Positions 47,876 to 55,842 of a stretch of 64,000 nucleotides of DNA are shown piece by piece. The translations under genes were made by a program, and so were the position numbers. The notes under the pieces were generated by a model. The model saw only the letters and a program-made list of their open reading frames with translations, did no database searches and was not told the origin of the DNA. Each line of letters begins with the position of its first letter. Position 1 is the stretch's first letter. The stretch covers positions 1 through 64,000 of IMG/VR virus record IMGVR_UViG_3300032322_001315. The stretch is one strand, 5' to 3'. Source of the stretch: a virus.

Positions 47876-48332
47876 GTTTTATCACCTCTATGCCGCATTT
47901 CTTTAAGAAGTCTATACCATCATTGAGTCTATAGTTATCATCATAATAGACTTTTTTGATCCCAGCTGTATATATCTGCTTTGCACAATGAATACAAGGA
48001 GAATGAGTTAGAAACATTGTAGAATCTTGTCCTGACTCTGAACACTTTGCTAACTTTGCAATTGCATTTGCTTCTGCATGAATGACTTCATCTTTTGTTT
48101 TAAGTTCTTCAGGATAATACTCAATTGTTCTGCTTTCCGCATCAACAACTTCTCTTTCAGGAATTAAGACTTCACATTCATTGTCCCATCCTGATGGGGT
48201 ACCATTATAACCAACAGAAATAATGCGGTCATCTTTTACAATAATCGCACCAACTTGTAATTTTTTTGCTGTGGACAATTCTGCAAATCTCTTTGCAACG
48301 TCCATATACGCATCAATAAATTTCTGTTTCAT
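47865..48332 (-). CDS. cd: dCMP deaminase
   Basis: VGA, GYNG.P, HAEANAI, PCIHC. Confidence 0.92.
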   Translation of the reverse strand: MKQKFIDAYMDVAKRFAELSTAKKLQVGAIIVKDDRIISVGYNGTPSGWDNECEVLIPEREVVDAESRTIEYYPEELKTKDEVIHAEANAIAKLAKCSESGQDSTMFLTHSPCIHCAKQIYTAGIKKVYYDDNYRLNDGIDFLKKCGIEVIKHEK

Positions 48333-48340
48333 AGTATCCT

Positions 48341-48417
48341 TGGTGGGCCGTCTGGGGTTCGAACCCAGTACCTATCGATTATGAGTCGATTGCTCATACC
48401 AAATGAGCTTCCAGCCC
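48341..48417 (-). tRNA. tRNA with CAT anticodon (probably Ile2; Met not excluded)
   Basis: GGGCTG acceptor with G1:C72, ATCGA-CTCATAA-TCGAT, A73-CCA. Confidence 0.8.
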
Positions 48418-48425
48418 AATTAAAG

Positions 48426-48501
48426 TGGCCTGCCTGGAGGGATTCGAACCCCCGACCGATAGCTTAGAAGGCTATTGCTCTTCCGGCTGAGCTACAGGCA
48501 G
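48426..48501 (-). tRNA. tRNA-Arg(TCT)
   Basis: ATAGC-CTTCTAA-GCTAT, GGTTCGAATCC, CCA. Confidence 0.9.
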
Positions 48502-48508
48502 AATGTTT

Positions 48509-48724
48509 TTACTTTGCTCCAAACATGTGTTGAACAATCTTTTCGTTAATCATATGAGGAATCGACAGATAGGGTTGTTCAAGTAGAAATGGACAACTTG
48601 TTTTCCATTTTCCATTCCTCACGAAATATCCATACTCATCCATATCTTCTTGCTTTGTAGCATCAAAGAATCTATGTTGTGTTGCACACCTAGTATGATG
48701 AATAAAATTACTTAATGTACTCAA
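48509..48724 (-). CDS. Hypothetical protein
   Basis: W...CPF.LE.P motif; coupled gene. Confidence 0.6.
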   Translation of the reverse strand: MSTLSNFIHHTRCATQHRFFDATKQEDMDEYGYFVRNGKWKTSCPFLLEQPYLSIPHMINEKIVQHMFGAK

Positions 48725-48938
48725 GACTATCCTTCTTCATATAAAAGATTGTAACATTTTGATTTGACTCTGGGTTCACCCGAGAAACAGGAAGAAAAAC
48801 TGTTCCGTCAATTTCTTTGATTTGCCATGTAGAGTTATTGTAGTAAATTTCAGAATCACGCAGACGATTACGCACCTTTCGAACAACTTCGACTGGTCGT
48901 TGCTGCTGCTTAATTTGACGTTTTGCTGTATGTTTCAT
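48708..48938 (-). CDS. Hypothetical protein
   Basis: Start follows promoter 48948-48976; IDG..F..V. Confidence 0.6.
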   Translation of the reverse strand: MKHTAKRQIKQQQRPVEVVRKVRNRLRDSEIYYNNSTWQIKEIDGTVFLPVSRVNPESNQNVTIFYMKKDSLEYIK

Positions 48939-48947
48939 AATGATTAT

Positions 48948-48999
48948 ATAGTACACTAGTTCTGGACAAAAGTCAAGAGGGGAATTTGCTTCCCCTCTT
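48948..48999 (-). promoter_or_regulatory. Hairpin terminator abutting a sigma70 promoter
   Basis: AAGAGGGGA/TCCCCTCTT stem 48975-48999; TTGACT-17 bp-TACTAT. Confidence 0.7.
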
Positions 49000-49009
49000 T
49001 GTTTACCAC

Positions 49010-49072
49010 TTACTTGTTGTATTGTCTGTTCAAATACTCCCATTCCTCATCGGTAACGGGCCACCAGTTCAT
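49010..49072 (-). CDS. 20-aa peptide coupled to hsp20 (not in ORF track)
   Basis: ATGA overlap with hsp20 stop, AAGGA upstream; MNWWPVTDEEWEYLNRQYNK. Confidence 0.45.
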   Translation of the reverse strand: MNWWPVTDEEWEYLNRQYNK

Positions 49073-49509
49073 GACGGATCCTTGATTGCAATCTTCTTTA
49101 GGTTGTTCTGTGTGTTAACAAGATTTTCCAACCAAATCTTCAACATACCATTAACAATCTCTGCGTCTTTGATTTCAATCTTGTCTGCTAGAGTAAATGT
49201 GCGTGTGAAGTTACGATTTGCAATACCTTTGAACAAATAAGATTCTTCTTCATGGCCATCTTGTGCATGACCACGAACTACAAGTTTATTGCCGTCTAGT
49301 GTGACTTCTAGGTCAGACCTAGTGAAACCGGCAACTGCCATTTCGATGATATAGGTATTTTCTTTGACCTTGCGAATGTTGTATGGGGGATACGAAGGAA
49401 GGTTCTTTTGTACATTCTTGATTTCGTCTAGAATAGATTCGAAACCGACTGAGAATGGATCAAAAGACTTACGCAGGTCAAACAGGCTAGGAATAGTTGT
49501 CATATTCAT
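49069..49509 (-). CDS. hsp20: Small heat-shock protein Hsp20 (IbpA-like)
   Basis: YPPYNI, EMAVAGF, GIA.R.F.R.F.L, NGML. Confidence 0.92.
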   Translation of the reverse strand: MNMTTIPSLFDLRKSFDPFSVGFESILDEIKNVQKNLPSYPPYNIRKVKENTYIIEMAVAGFTRSDLEVTLDGNKLVVRGHAQDGHEEESYLFKGIANRNFTRTFTLADKIEIKDAEIVNGMLKIWLENLVNTQNNLKKIAIKDPS

Positions 49510-49562
49510 TTCTCCTTAATTAAGCAAGTTATAATATGTGGCCCCATTTGGCGACCACATAC

Positions 49563-49593
49563 TATTTATATCACACTAAAGAAAAAATGTCAA
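49563..49593 (-). promoter_or_regulatory. Overlapping sigma70 and T4 late promoter for hsp20
   Basis: TTGACA-17 bp-TATAAA overlapping a perfect TATAAATA. Confidence 0.75.
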
Positions 49594-50345
49594 TCTTTAA
49601 TTTCATTCCAATATATTATTTGCCAACTTCCGTCAAGATTTTCTACTAAGGCAGAACATGACTCTACCCAGTCACCATCGTTCATGTAGATGACTTCTTC
49701 GATTTCTTTGATTTCCGGCGTGTGGATGTGACCGCAGATGACTCCATCGAAACCTTTTCGTTTGCAGTATTTTGCGAGGTTTGATTCAAATTTGAAAATG
49801 AAATCGACCGCTTTCTTGACTCTACTCTTGAGATAACGGCTAAGGCTCCAGTAGCCGAAGCCGAGACGATGACGGATAGAGTTAAAAGTAGTATTAAGAT
49901 TAAGAACAATATCATATGCTTTATCTCCTAAAAATGATAACCATGGTGCAAGTCTTGTTATACCATCAAACATATCACCATGTACAACTAGATATTTTTT
50001 TCCATCAATACCTATATGCTCTGCGTGATTTGTTATTTCAACTTGACCAAAAGAAAGACCGTATGGAATTAACGGTCTTAAAAATTCATCGTGATTGCCT
50101 GCAATATAAACAACTCTAGTGCCTCTTTTAGCATGACCTAAAATTCTTCTTATTACATTTGTGTGACTTTGTTTCCATCGCCATTTATTTTGTTGAATCT
50201 TCCATCCATCAATTATATCGCCTATAAGATACAAAGTATCACATGAATTATGCTTTAAAAAGTTATTTAATAGTTCTGCTTTACTATCTTTAGTACCCAA
50301 ATGAACATCAGATATGAATATTGTTCTATAGTGGGTTTGTTCCAT
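49590..50345 (-). CDS. LpxH-like metallophosphoesterase (UDP-2,3-diacylglucosamine diphosphatase family)
   Basis: SDVHLG, GDIIDGW, GNHD, HGD, CGHIH, NDGDWVES. Confidence 0.8.
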   Translation of the reverse strand: MEQTHYRTIFISDVHLGTKDSKAELLNNFLKHNSCDTLYLIGDIIDGWKIQQNKWRWKQSHTNVIRRILGHAKRGTRVVYIAGNHDEFLRPLIPYGLSFGQVEITNHAEHIGIDGKKYLVVHGDMFDGITRLAPWLSFLGDKAYDIVLNLNTTFNSIRHRLGFGYWSLSRYLKSRVKKAVDFIFKFESNLAKYCKRKGFDGVICGHIHTPEIKEIEEVIYMNDGDWVESCSALVENLDGSWQIIYWNEIKD

Positions 50346-50747
50346 TCACTTCACTATCTTTTTGCCAATGTTGTACTTAGGTACTAAATCCCAATCATCT
50401 TTTTCTTTGTGTCCAATGATTTTGATTTGTGAGATATTTACTTTAAGTTCATCGACTTTTTTCTTGTCAACTACTTTGAGAAGACCCCAATCGTCTAACA
50501 GAGCAGCAATCGTGTTTCTTCTTGCTAAATCATTCTCTGTAATGTCTGTGGGCTTACCATCTAAAGCAAATAGTTCTTTGAAGTGAACAATATAATATTT
50601 ACCTTGCTTATGCAAGATGTGACAGGACTGATATAAAATTCTTTCTTTTTTTGATGCAACACCAATGCGAGTCAACGTCTCACGAATCTTTAGAAAATCA
50701 TCCTTTTCATTAAGTATTACTTCTACCATATCTTCTATTCGAATCAT
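50346..50747 (-). CDS. regA: Translational repressor RegA
   Basis: DFLKIRETLTRIG, QSCHILHKQG.YYIVHFKE, PKY.IG. Confidence 0.95.
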   Translation of the reverse strand: MIRIEDMVEVILNEKDDFLKIRETLTRIGVASKKERILYQSCHILHKQGKYYIVHFKELFALDGKPTDITENDLARRNTIAALLDDWGLLKVVDKKKVDELKVNISQIKIIGHKEKDDWDLVPKYNIGKKIVK

Positions 50748-51136
50748 TATTTTGTTACTCCACCTTTGTCTGTTATTTTTCTTATATAGGAGAGTTGCTC
50801 TTTGGTTAGTATGAGTAACGCATCTTTTGCTTTTTCGTCAGAATAACCAAAATATTCTTTCACACACTCCAAGTCCTTGACCGATTCTGCTTTTTGCCAA
50901 GGTTGAAACTTTCGCTTCATCGGTCGTATAATATTTAGAAGATAATCATATTGTAGTTTTTTATCTAAATGGTGATGCATATTGATTTCATTTACATAAA
51001 AAATACAATCAAGGTGATATGATAGTGCCTTATTAACTATGAAAGAATTATACTCTCTTTCATCGTCTTCAGATTCAAGTTGATTCTTCTTTGTCTGTAG
51101 AATAGACGGTACGATTTCTTTGAACAAGTCTGGCAT
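50747..51136 (-). CDS. 62: Clamp loader small subunit (gp62)
   Basis: N.ALS, QYDY, Y.GYS..KA; synteny. Confidence 0.9.
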   Translation of the reverse strand: MPDLFKEIVPSILQTKKNQLESEDDEREYNSFIVNKALSYHLDCIFYVNEINMHHHLDKKLQYDYLLNIIRPMKRKFQPWQKAESVKDLECVKEYFGYSDEKAKDALLILTKEQLSYIRKITDKGGVTK

Positions 51137-52071
51137 TATTCAAACTCACATTCAACCATAATTTCAGTCAAACACGCCACAAGATTGATTTCTTGGTCAG
51201 CACAAAATGCTGCTTGATATTGATACTTTGCAAGAATCAATACTGCTTGAGGTACAGATTGAGGTTTGAGAAATTCACTCAATGAGTCATAAATCTTTCG
51301 ATAGATACGAACGGGGTCATTGTCTAGATTATTCGTGACCCACTTTCGAGCAGAACCAAAGTCTTTTTCTTTGATAGACTTGATTAATTCATTGATTTGA
51401 ATATCTGATACTTGTGCTAGAATACCTTTATCGATATTACCAGATACAGAATATCGTTGAAGTTCATTTAGAATGCGGCGATTGTCAGGGAAATGCTTTT
51501 TGATGACATGAGCAACAACTTCTTTGTCGTATTGCACATTTTCTTGTTCAAGAATCCATTCGACTCTCTTGAAGAAAAGAGATGCCATCTTTGCTTTGCT
51601 GCCATTGAGCTTGAAGTCAACGACAGTACAACGAGAATGAATCGGGTCAATGATTCTATTCTTATAATTACAGGTAAAGATGAATGAACAATTTGACGCA
51701 AACTCTTCAATAGCACCACGCAGAGCAGGTTGAGTTGAGTTTGGGTTTAGATAGTCTGCTTCATCAATAATAACAACTTTGCGACCACCAGTTAGACTTA
51801 CTGAGGACGCATAGTTTTTGATTTTGTTGCGGAGAACATCAATGCCGCTTTCGTCTGAGCCATTGATAACGATGTAATCGCAGCCGACTTCATCGCAGAG
51901 TGCTTTTGCGATTGTTGTCTTTCCAACGCCTGCGGATCCAGCAAGTAACAGATTTGGGATTTCTTTTCGATTGACATATTCTTGAAATGTTCCTTTCAAT
52001 GCCTCAGGAAGAATACAATCTTCAACTTTATGAGGACGATACTTCTCTACCCACAATAGATGGTCTACCAT
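51136..52071 (-). CDS. 44: Clamp loader AAA+ subunit (gp44)
   Basis: WVEKYRP, GVGKTT, DEAD, SRC. Confidence 0.95.
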   Translation of the reverse strand: MVDHLLWVEKYRPHKVEDCILPEALKGTFQEYVNRKEIPNLLLAGSAGVGKTTIAKALCDEVGCDYIVINGSDESGIDVLRNKIKNYASSVSLTGGRKVVIIDEADYLNPNSTQPALRGAIEEFASNCSFIFTCNYKNRIIDPIHSRCTVVDFKLNGSKAKMASLFFKRVEWILEQENVQYDKEVVAHVIKKHFPDNRRILNELQRYSVSGNIDKGILAQVSDIQINELIKSIKEKDFGSARKWVTNNLDNDPVRIYRKIYDSLSEFLKPQSVPQAVLILAKYQYQAAFCADQEINLVACLTEIMVECEFE

Positions 52072-52095
52072 TCATAACTCCCATAATAAAAAATT

Positions 52096-52161
52096 TACCG
52101 TTCAGTAACTATAGCACAATTACTGAACGGTATCAAGAAAAATTTACTGTTCAGTAAATTT
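52096..52161 (-). promoter_or_regulatory. sigma70 promoter within inverted/direct repeats
   Basis: TTGATA-17 bp-TATAGT; 13-bp IR TACCGTTCAGTAA/TTACTGAACGGTA; second palindrome AAATTTACTG-TT-CAGTAAATTT. Confidence 0.7.
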
Positions 52162-52354
52162 AATCAGTTAGTGCACCATTAAGTGTACCAACTACATCAA
52201 GTACGGACTCTTCAACTGCTAGATTGCCACCAATGAAAACGATTGCAGTCTTTCCATCAAAGTCTCCTCCGGAGGCTTCAAAGACACTAATGACCTGCTT
52301 AGGATTTACTGCAATACTCTTCTTTGTGTTTGCTTCGGTAAAATAAATTAACAT
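52160..52354 (-). CDS. Small hypothetical protein
   Basis: AAGGAGA RBS; IAVNP..V, V.ES...VVG. Confidence 0.65.
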   Translation of the reverse strand: MLIYFTEANTKKSIAVNPKQVISVFEASGGDFDGKTAIVFIGGNLAVEESVLDVVGTLNGALTD

Positions 52355-52363
52355 TTTGTCTCC

Positions 52364-53026
52364 TTAGACTTTTTCAGTTGATACCCAATATTCTGATGTG
52401 CCTGACCCATTCTTAAAATGAGAAATGCCTTTAGCAGAAATTTCTACTTCATATGAATCGGACATAATCTTGTTTAGATTTTCTGTCTTGAACACATATC
52501 TAAATCCATTTTCTGTTTCACCGATGTCAATCGAATTAACGTGTGCTGAATCATTGGATGCATCAAAAGAAGACAGACGCAACTTACCATCGACACCTTC
52601 GACTGCAATGTTTGGTGACTGAAGAACTGATGCTGTACGAACAATCCATTCATAATCTTCTTGAGTCAACTTAAATTGAACATCAACAGAAGGTAGAACA
52701 ATTTGCTTGTCTGGTGGAGTATAAAGCATCGACTTGTCAGTAACACGATATTTAATCTTGCTACGACCATTCATAAATTTGACAATAACATGACTATCAT
52801 CAAAATCAAGTTCAGGTGCATCCTTCTGTAGAGAAAGAACTGATAGAAAATTGTTCAAATCGTAGATACCAAATTCTTTTGGAAAGTCTTCTTCAACTGT
52901 AACTTGAGCAAGTACAGTCTTTGACTGTGACACGGTAGAAAGAACATTTCCTTGCTTAAAATACAATCCAGAATTAATCGCAGAAAAATTCTTTAGAATT
53001 GATAGTGTATTAGTAGATAACTTCAT
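52364..53026 (-). CDS. 45: Sliding clamp (gp45)
   Basis: MKLS.NTL.ILKNF..IN, FGIYDL..FL. Confidence 0.92.
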   Translation of the reverse strand: MKLSTNTLSILKNFSAINSGLYFKQGNVLSTVSQSKTVLAQVTVEEDFPKEFGIYDLNNFLSVLSLQKDAPELDFDDSHVIVKFMNGRSKIKYRVTDKSMLYTPPDKQIVLPSVDVQFKLTQEDYEWIVRTASVLQSPNIAVEGVDGKLRLSSFDASNDSAHVNSIDIGETENGFRYVFKTENLNKIMSDSYEVEISAKGISHFKNGSGTSEYWVSTEKV

Positions 53027-53378
53027 GATTCTCCCATTTTGTAATAAGTCTTTCAATATACCACTTTGCTTTCTTTAGGTCTTCTAAACCACCTTTTTGT
53101 TTCCATCTCCACATATACTTGATAGCATTAGCAGTACATACGGCATCAATACCTGTTAGATTAGATGTTGCCGATTCTAGTGCTTCAATACATTCTACAC
53201 TACCTTGGGTATAATGTGAAGGGTGATTTACTTTTTCTTCCAGTTCTATCTTTATATCTTTCCATGATTCTAAATCACCGAGAATCAATAAATCTTCTCC
53301 ACAGTATCCTTCGACACCATCCTCATTCATATGGATGGTGAATACGGGTGCACTCAACTTATCTTTCTTTGCCATCAC
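53010..53378 (-). CDS. DUF3310 (T7 gp1.7-like nucleotide kinase domain)
   Basis: VNHPSHY, ECI, NAIKY.WR...KGG.EDL.KA.WY. Confidence 0.85.
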   Translation of the reverse strand: MMAKKDKLSAPVFTIHMNEDGVEGYCGEDLLILGDLESWKDIKIELEEKVNHPSHYTQGSVECIEALESATSNLTGIDAVCTANAIKYMWRWKQKGGLEDLKKAKWYIERLITKWENHEVIY

Positions 53379-54172
53379 ATTTCTCCAACAAAGTTTGCAA
53401 CAGCAGGCATATCACCTTGGAAATGATATGTTCCAATATGTGCGGTCTTTACCCACGGGCAGAGATAAATCTTACCACCAATGTTTCTCCACCATTGACA
53501 GAACATATAATCTTCTGATAGATAACGTTCAGAATTTTTGTCAATTACAGTATCAAAATAAGCATGAATATAACGAGTACCATCAAAGTGTGCTTGACCT
53601 ACGTGGTCTGGCTTATAACGGAATTCTGGATATGCTGCTTCCCACTTGGGAAAGACTTCACGCTTCACCATCATGAATCCTGTGCCAATTTCAAGAACTT
53701 CAAGAGGTTCTGTAACAGAAAACTGTGCGGTACCTTTAACAGGATTAAAGACGAAATCTCCTGCTACTTTTTCGAGTAGATGGGCTTCAAGTTCTGGATT
53801 CTTCGTGATTGCTTTCTTTATGTTTGTCCATTTGAGTGCTTTCTTTGGATATGGACCACCAATAACATCCTTATCGAGAGCAAGCATCGCAATAACATCA
53901 CGAGGATCAAAACTAATGTCTGAATCTAAAAACAATAGATGAGTGCAGTCAGAACGACTTAGAAACTCATCTACTAGATAATTTCTTGCTCTAGTAATAA
54001 GAGACTCATTAAATAGGAATGAAAACTTTGTTTCAATTCCATATTGGAAACATAGACCTTGAAGGTCTAGACAAGACTTCATATAAAGTCCATGATTCAT
54101 TCCTCCATACATCGGAGTAGCAATGAATAACTTTTTCTTTCTTAGTTCTTCAACTTTAATTTGAATTTCCAT
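53375..54172 (-). CDS. GT-A fold glycosyltransferase-like protein
   Basis: ATPMYGG, ESLITRARN, FLDSDI (DxD), GTGFM, LSEDY.FC, HIG. Confidence 0.7.
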   Translation of the reverse strand: MEIQIKVEELRKKKLFIATPMYGGMNHGLYMKSCLDLQGLCFQYGIETKFSFLFNESLITRARNYLVDEFLSRSDCTHLLFLDSDISFDPRDVIAMLALDKDVIGGPYPKKALKWTNIKKAITKNPELEAHLLEKVAGDFVFNPVKGTAQFSVTEPLEVLEIGTGFMMVKREVFPKWEAAYPEFRYKPDHVGQAHFDGTRYIHAYFDTVIDKNSERYLSEDYMFCQWWRNIGGKIYLCPWVKTAHIGTYHFQGDMPAVANFVGEM

Positions 54173-54205
54173 GGTATCCTCATGTTAAATTTAACTACAA
54201 TCCAC

Positions 54206-54234
54206 ATCATACACTTATGTAGTATATGAGTCAA
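54206..54234 (-). promoter_or_regulatory. sigma70 promoter
   Basis: TTGACT-17 bp-TATGAT. Confidence 0.65.
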
Positions 54235-54252
54235 GACTTTTAGTGGTGAATA

Positions 54253-55842
54253 TTACGGTTTGTAAAAGATGAACACCGGTTCATACTTTAACCACATATC
54301 TGCACCTTTTTCATTTTTGACTTTGCAAAAATTCTTTGCTTTAGGTAGACCAGTTTCACTATCTACTCTATTACCTCCAGGCATTTGTGCTAGAGACATT
54401 TTCAGTTTGCCTTTGTATTCCATACCTAATGATTCAAGAATCTTTCTGCTATCTTCTTCAAGAGGAAGCATGTCGCCTCCGAACACAGCATCAGCAATAT
54501 TCCAAAGAAGATAACGGTCATGGCGTAACCATTCAACAGCAGTTTCAAGGGTTGGGCGTAAAAATCCTTCACGCCATTCTTCATACTGTCCAAACTTTTT
54601 ATATGATTGAGTAGGGTCTTCCGAATATGCTTCTTTTGCGAAGTATGGTGGGGAAGTAAATACGAGGTCGAGTTTGCCTCTAAACTTCTGAAACTCTTCA
54701 TTGTTTCGGATTACCTCCGAACCAAGTTGGAAAATCTTTGTTTCTGTATGTGAATATTCGTCTGCCCACAGACCCCCTTTGTCTACCGTCTGTCTATAAA
54801 AGTCAGCGATTTCATCGTATTTTGTGCGTCCATCAGAAGTGTTGTGGTCAGTATTAGGATCAGTCCCAATATAAAAGATATGACGGTCATCACGAACAGA
54901 CATGGCACCAAGAAGACGACCACTCCACCCCGAAGAAGGATCGTAAATATGAATAGTGGGTTGGTTTTTAATGTGTTCAGTAAATCGTTCATAGAGGTAT
55001 TTAGCAGTTAGTGGAGGAAAATTTACAGCATATTGACAAAACGAAACTCTGAATGCCTTTAGACCAACAGGAAAAAGTTTTTGTCCAAACTTAAAAGGAC
55101 GAATAGCATAATATTCTGACTTATTATAGTCAACATTTGTACGACTCTTTTGTGATACGTTAAGTGCTTCAATGTCACTTTTATGAATCGTTAAATATTT
55201 TGCATTTCTTAGTTCTTCACTATATCCGGTATATTCAGCATCTAGTTCTTTTGGTTGCAACCAATAATCATATTCTCCACGTTGTCTAAACTTTTCTTCA
55301 AACTCTTTTACCCACGTTGCTCCATCTGATACAACGGGAAGTTGGTTGTAGTATGTTTTGTCGTTTGCTTTGGCAACGTGTGAGTAGTGATAAAAAGAAT
55401 CACGCTTAAAATGACGACTAGCGTAAGTGATGAATGTTTCAAGTAATTCTTCCTTTGCAAAATAATCATAGATAGACTTACCATCATCTTTCTTTGTGTA
55501 ATTGATGCGAGTCTTCATCATAGTAGGAAACCATTGATTGACTGCATTACCAATTACACTAGTATTACGAATAACATCTTTTTCTCCTGTGAGTTCATCT
55601 ACACACTCAAACTCATGAACAGGAAAACTTTCCATTTGATTAAATTGGTCAATAATGCCTTGCTTATCAAAACCTACACGAGGAGGAAGATTCTTGTTGT
55701 CCCAAAGGTCAACAATAGTCTTCCTCAAATCAATTACCCATTGACGAAATTCGTCTTTCGTCATCCATAGAATCTCTTCAAATGTCTTATTGACAGAAGA
55801 TTCTAGTAACTCACGATTTCTTTCATAATACCATTGTGTCAT
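54253..55842 (-). CDS. Large amino DNA methyltransferase-like protein
   Basis: NFPPLTAKYLYE, DPSSGWSGRL, GTDPN, FTSPPYFAKEAY. Confidence 0.75.
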   Translation of the reverse strand: MTQWYYERNRELLESSVNKTFEEILWMTKDEFRQWVIDLRKTIVDLWDNKNLPPRVGFDKQGIIDQFNQMESFPVHEFECVDELTGEKDVIRNTSVIGNAVNQWFPTMMKTRINYTKKDDGKSIYDYFAKEELLETFITYASRHFKRDSFYHYSHVAKANDKTYYNQLPVVSDGATWVKEFEEKFRQRGEYDYWLQPKELDAEYTGYSEELRNAKYLTIHKSDIEALNVSQKSRTNVDYNKSEYYAIRPFKFGQKLFPVGLKAFRVSFCQYAVNFPPLTAKYLYERFTEHIKNQPTIHIYDPSSGWSGRLLGAMSVRDDRHIFYIGTDPNTDHNTSDGRTKYDEIADFYRQTVDKGGLWADEYSHTETKIFQLGSEVIRNNEEFQKFRGKLDLVFTSPPYFAKEAYSEDPTQSYKKFGQYEEWREGFLRPTLETAVEWLRHDRYLLWNIADAVFGGDMLPLEEDSRKILESLGMEYKGKLKMSLAQMPGGNRVDSETGLPKAKNFCKVKNEKGADMWLKYEPVFIFYKP

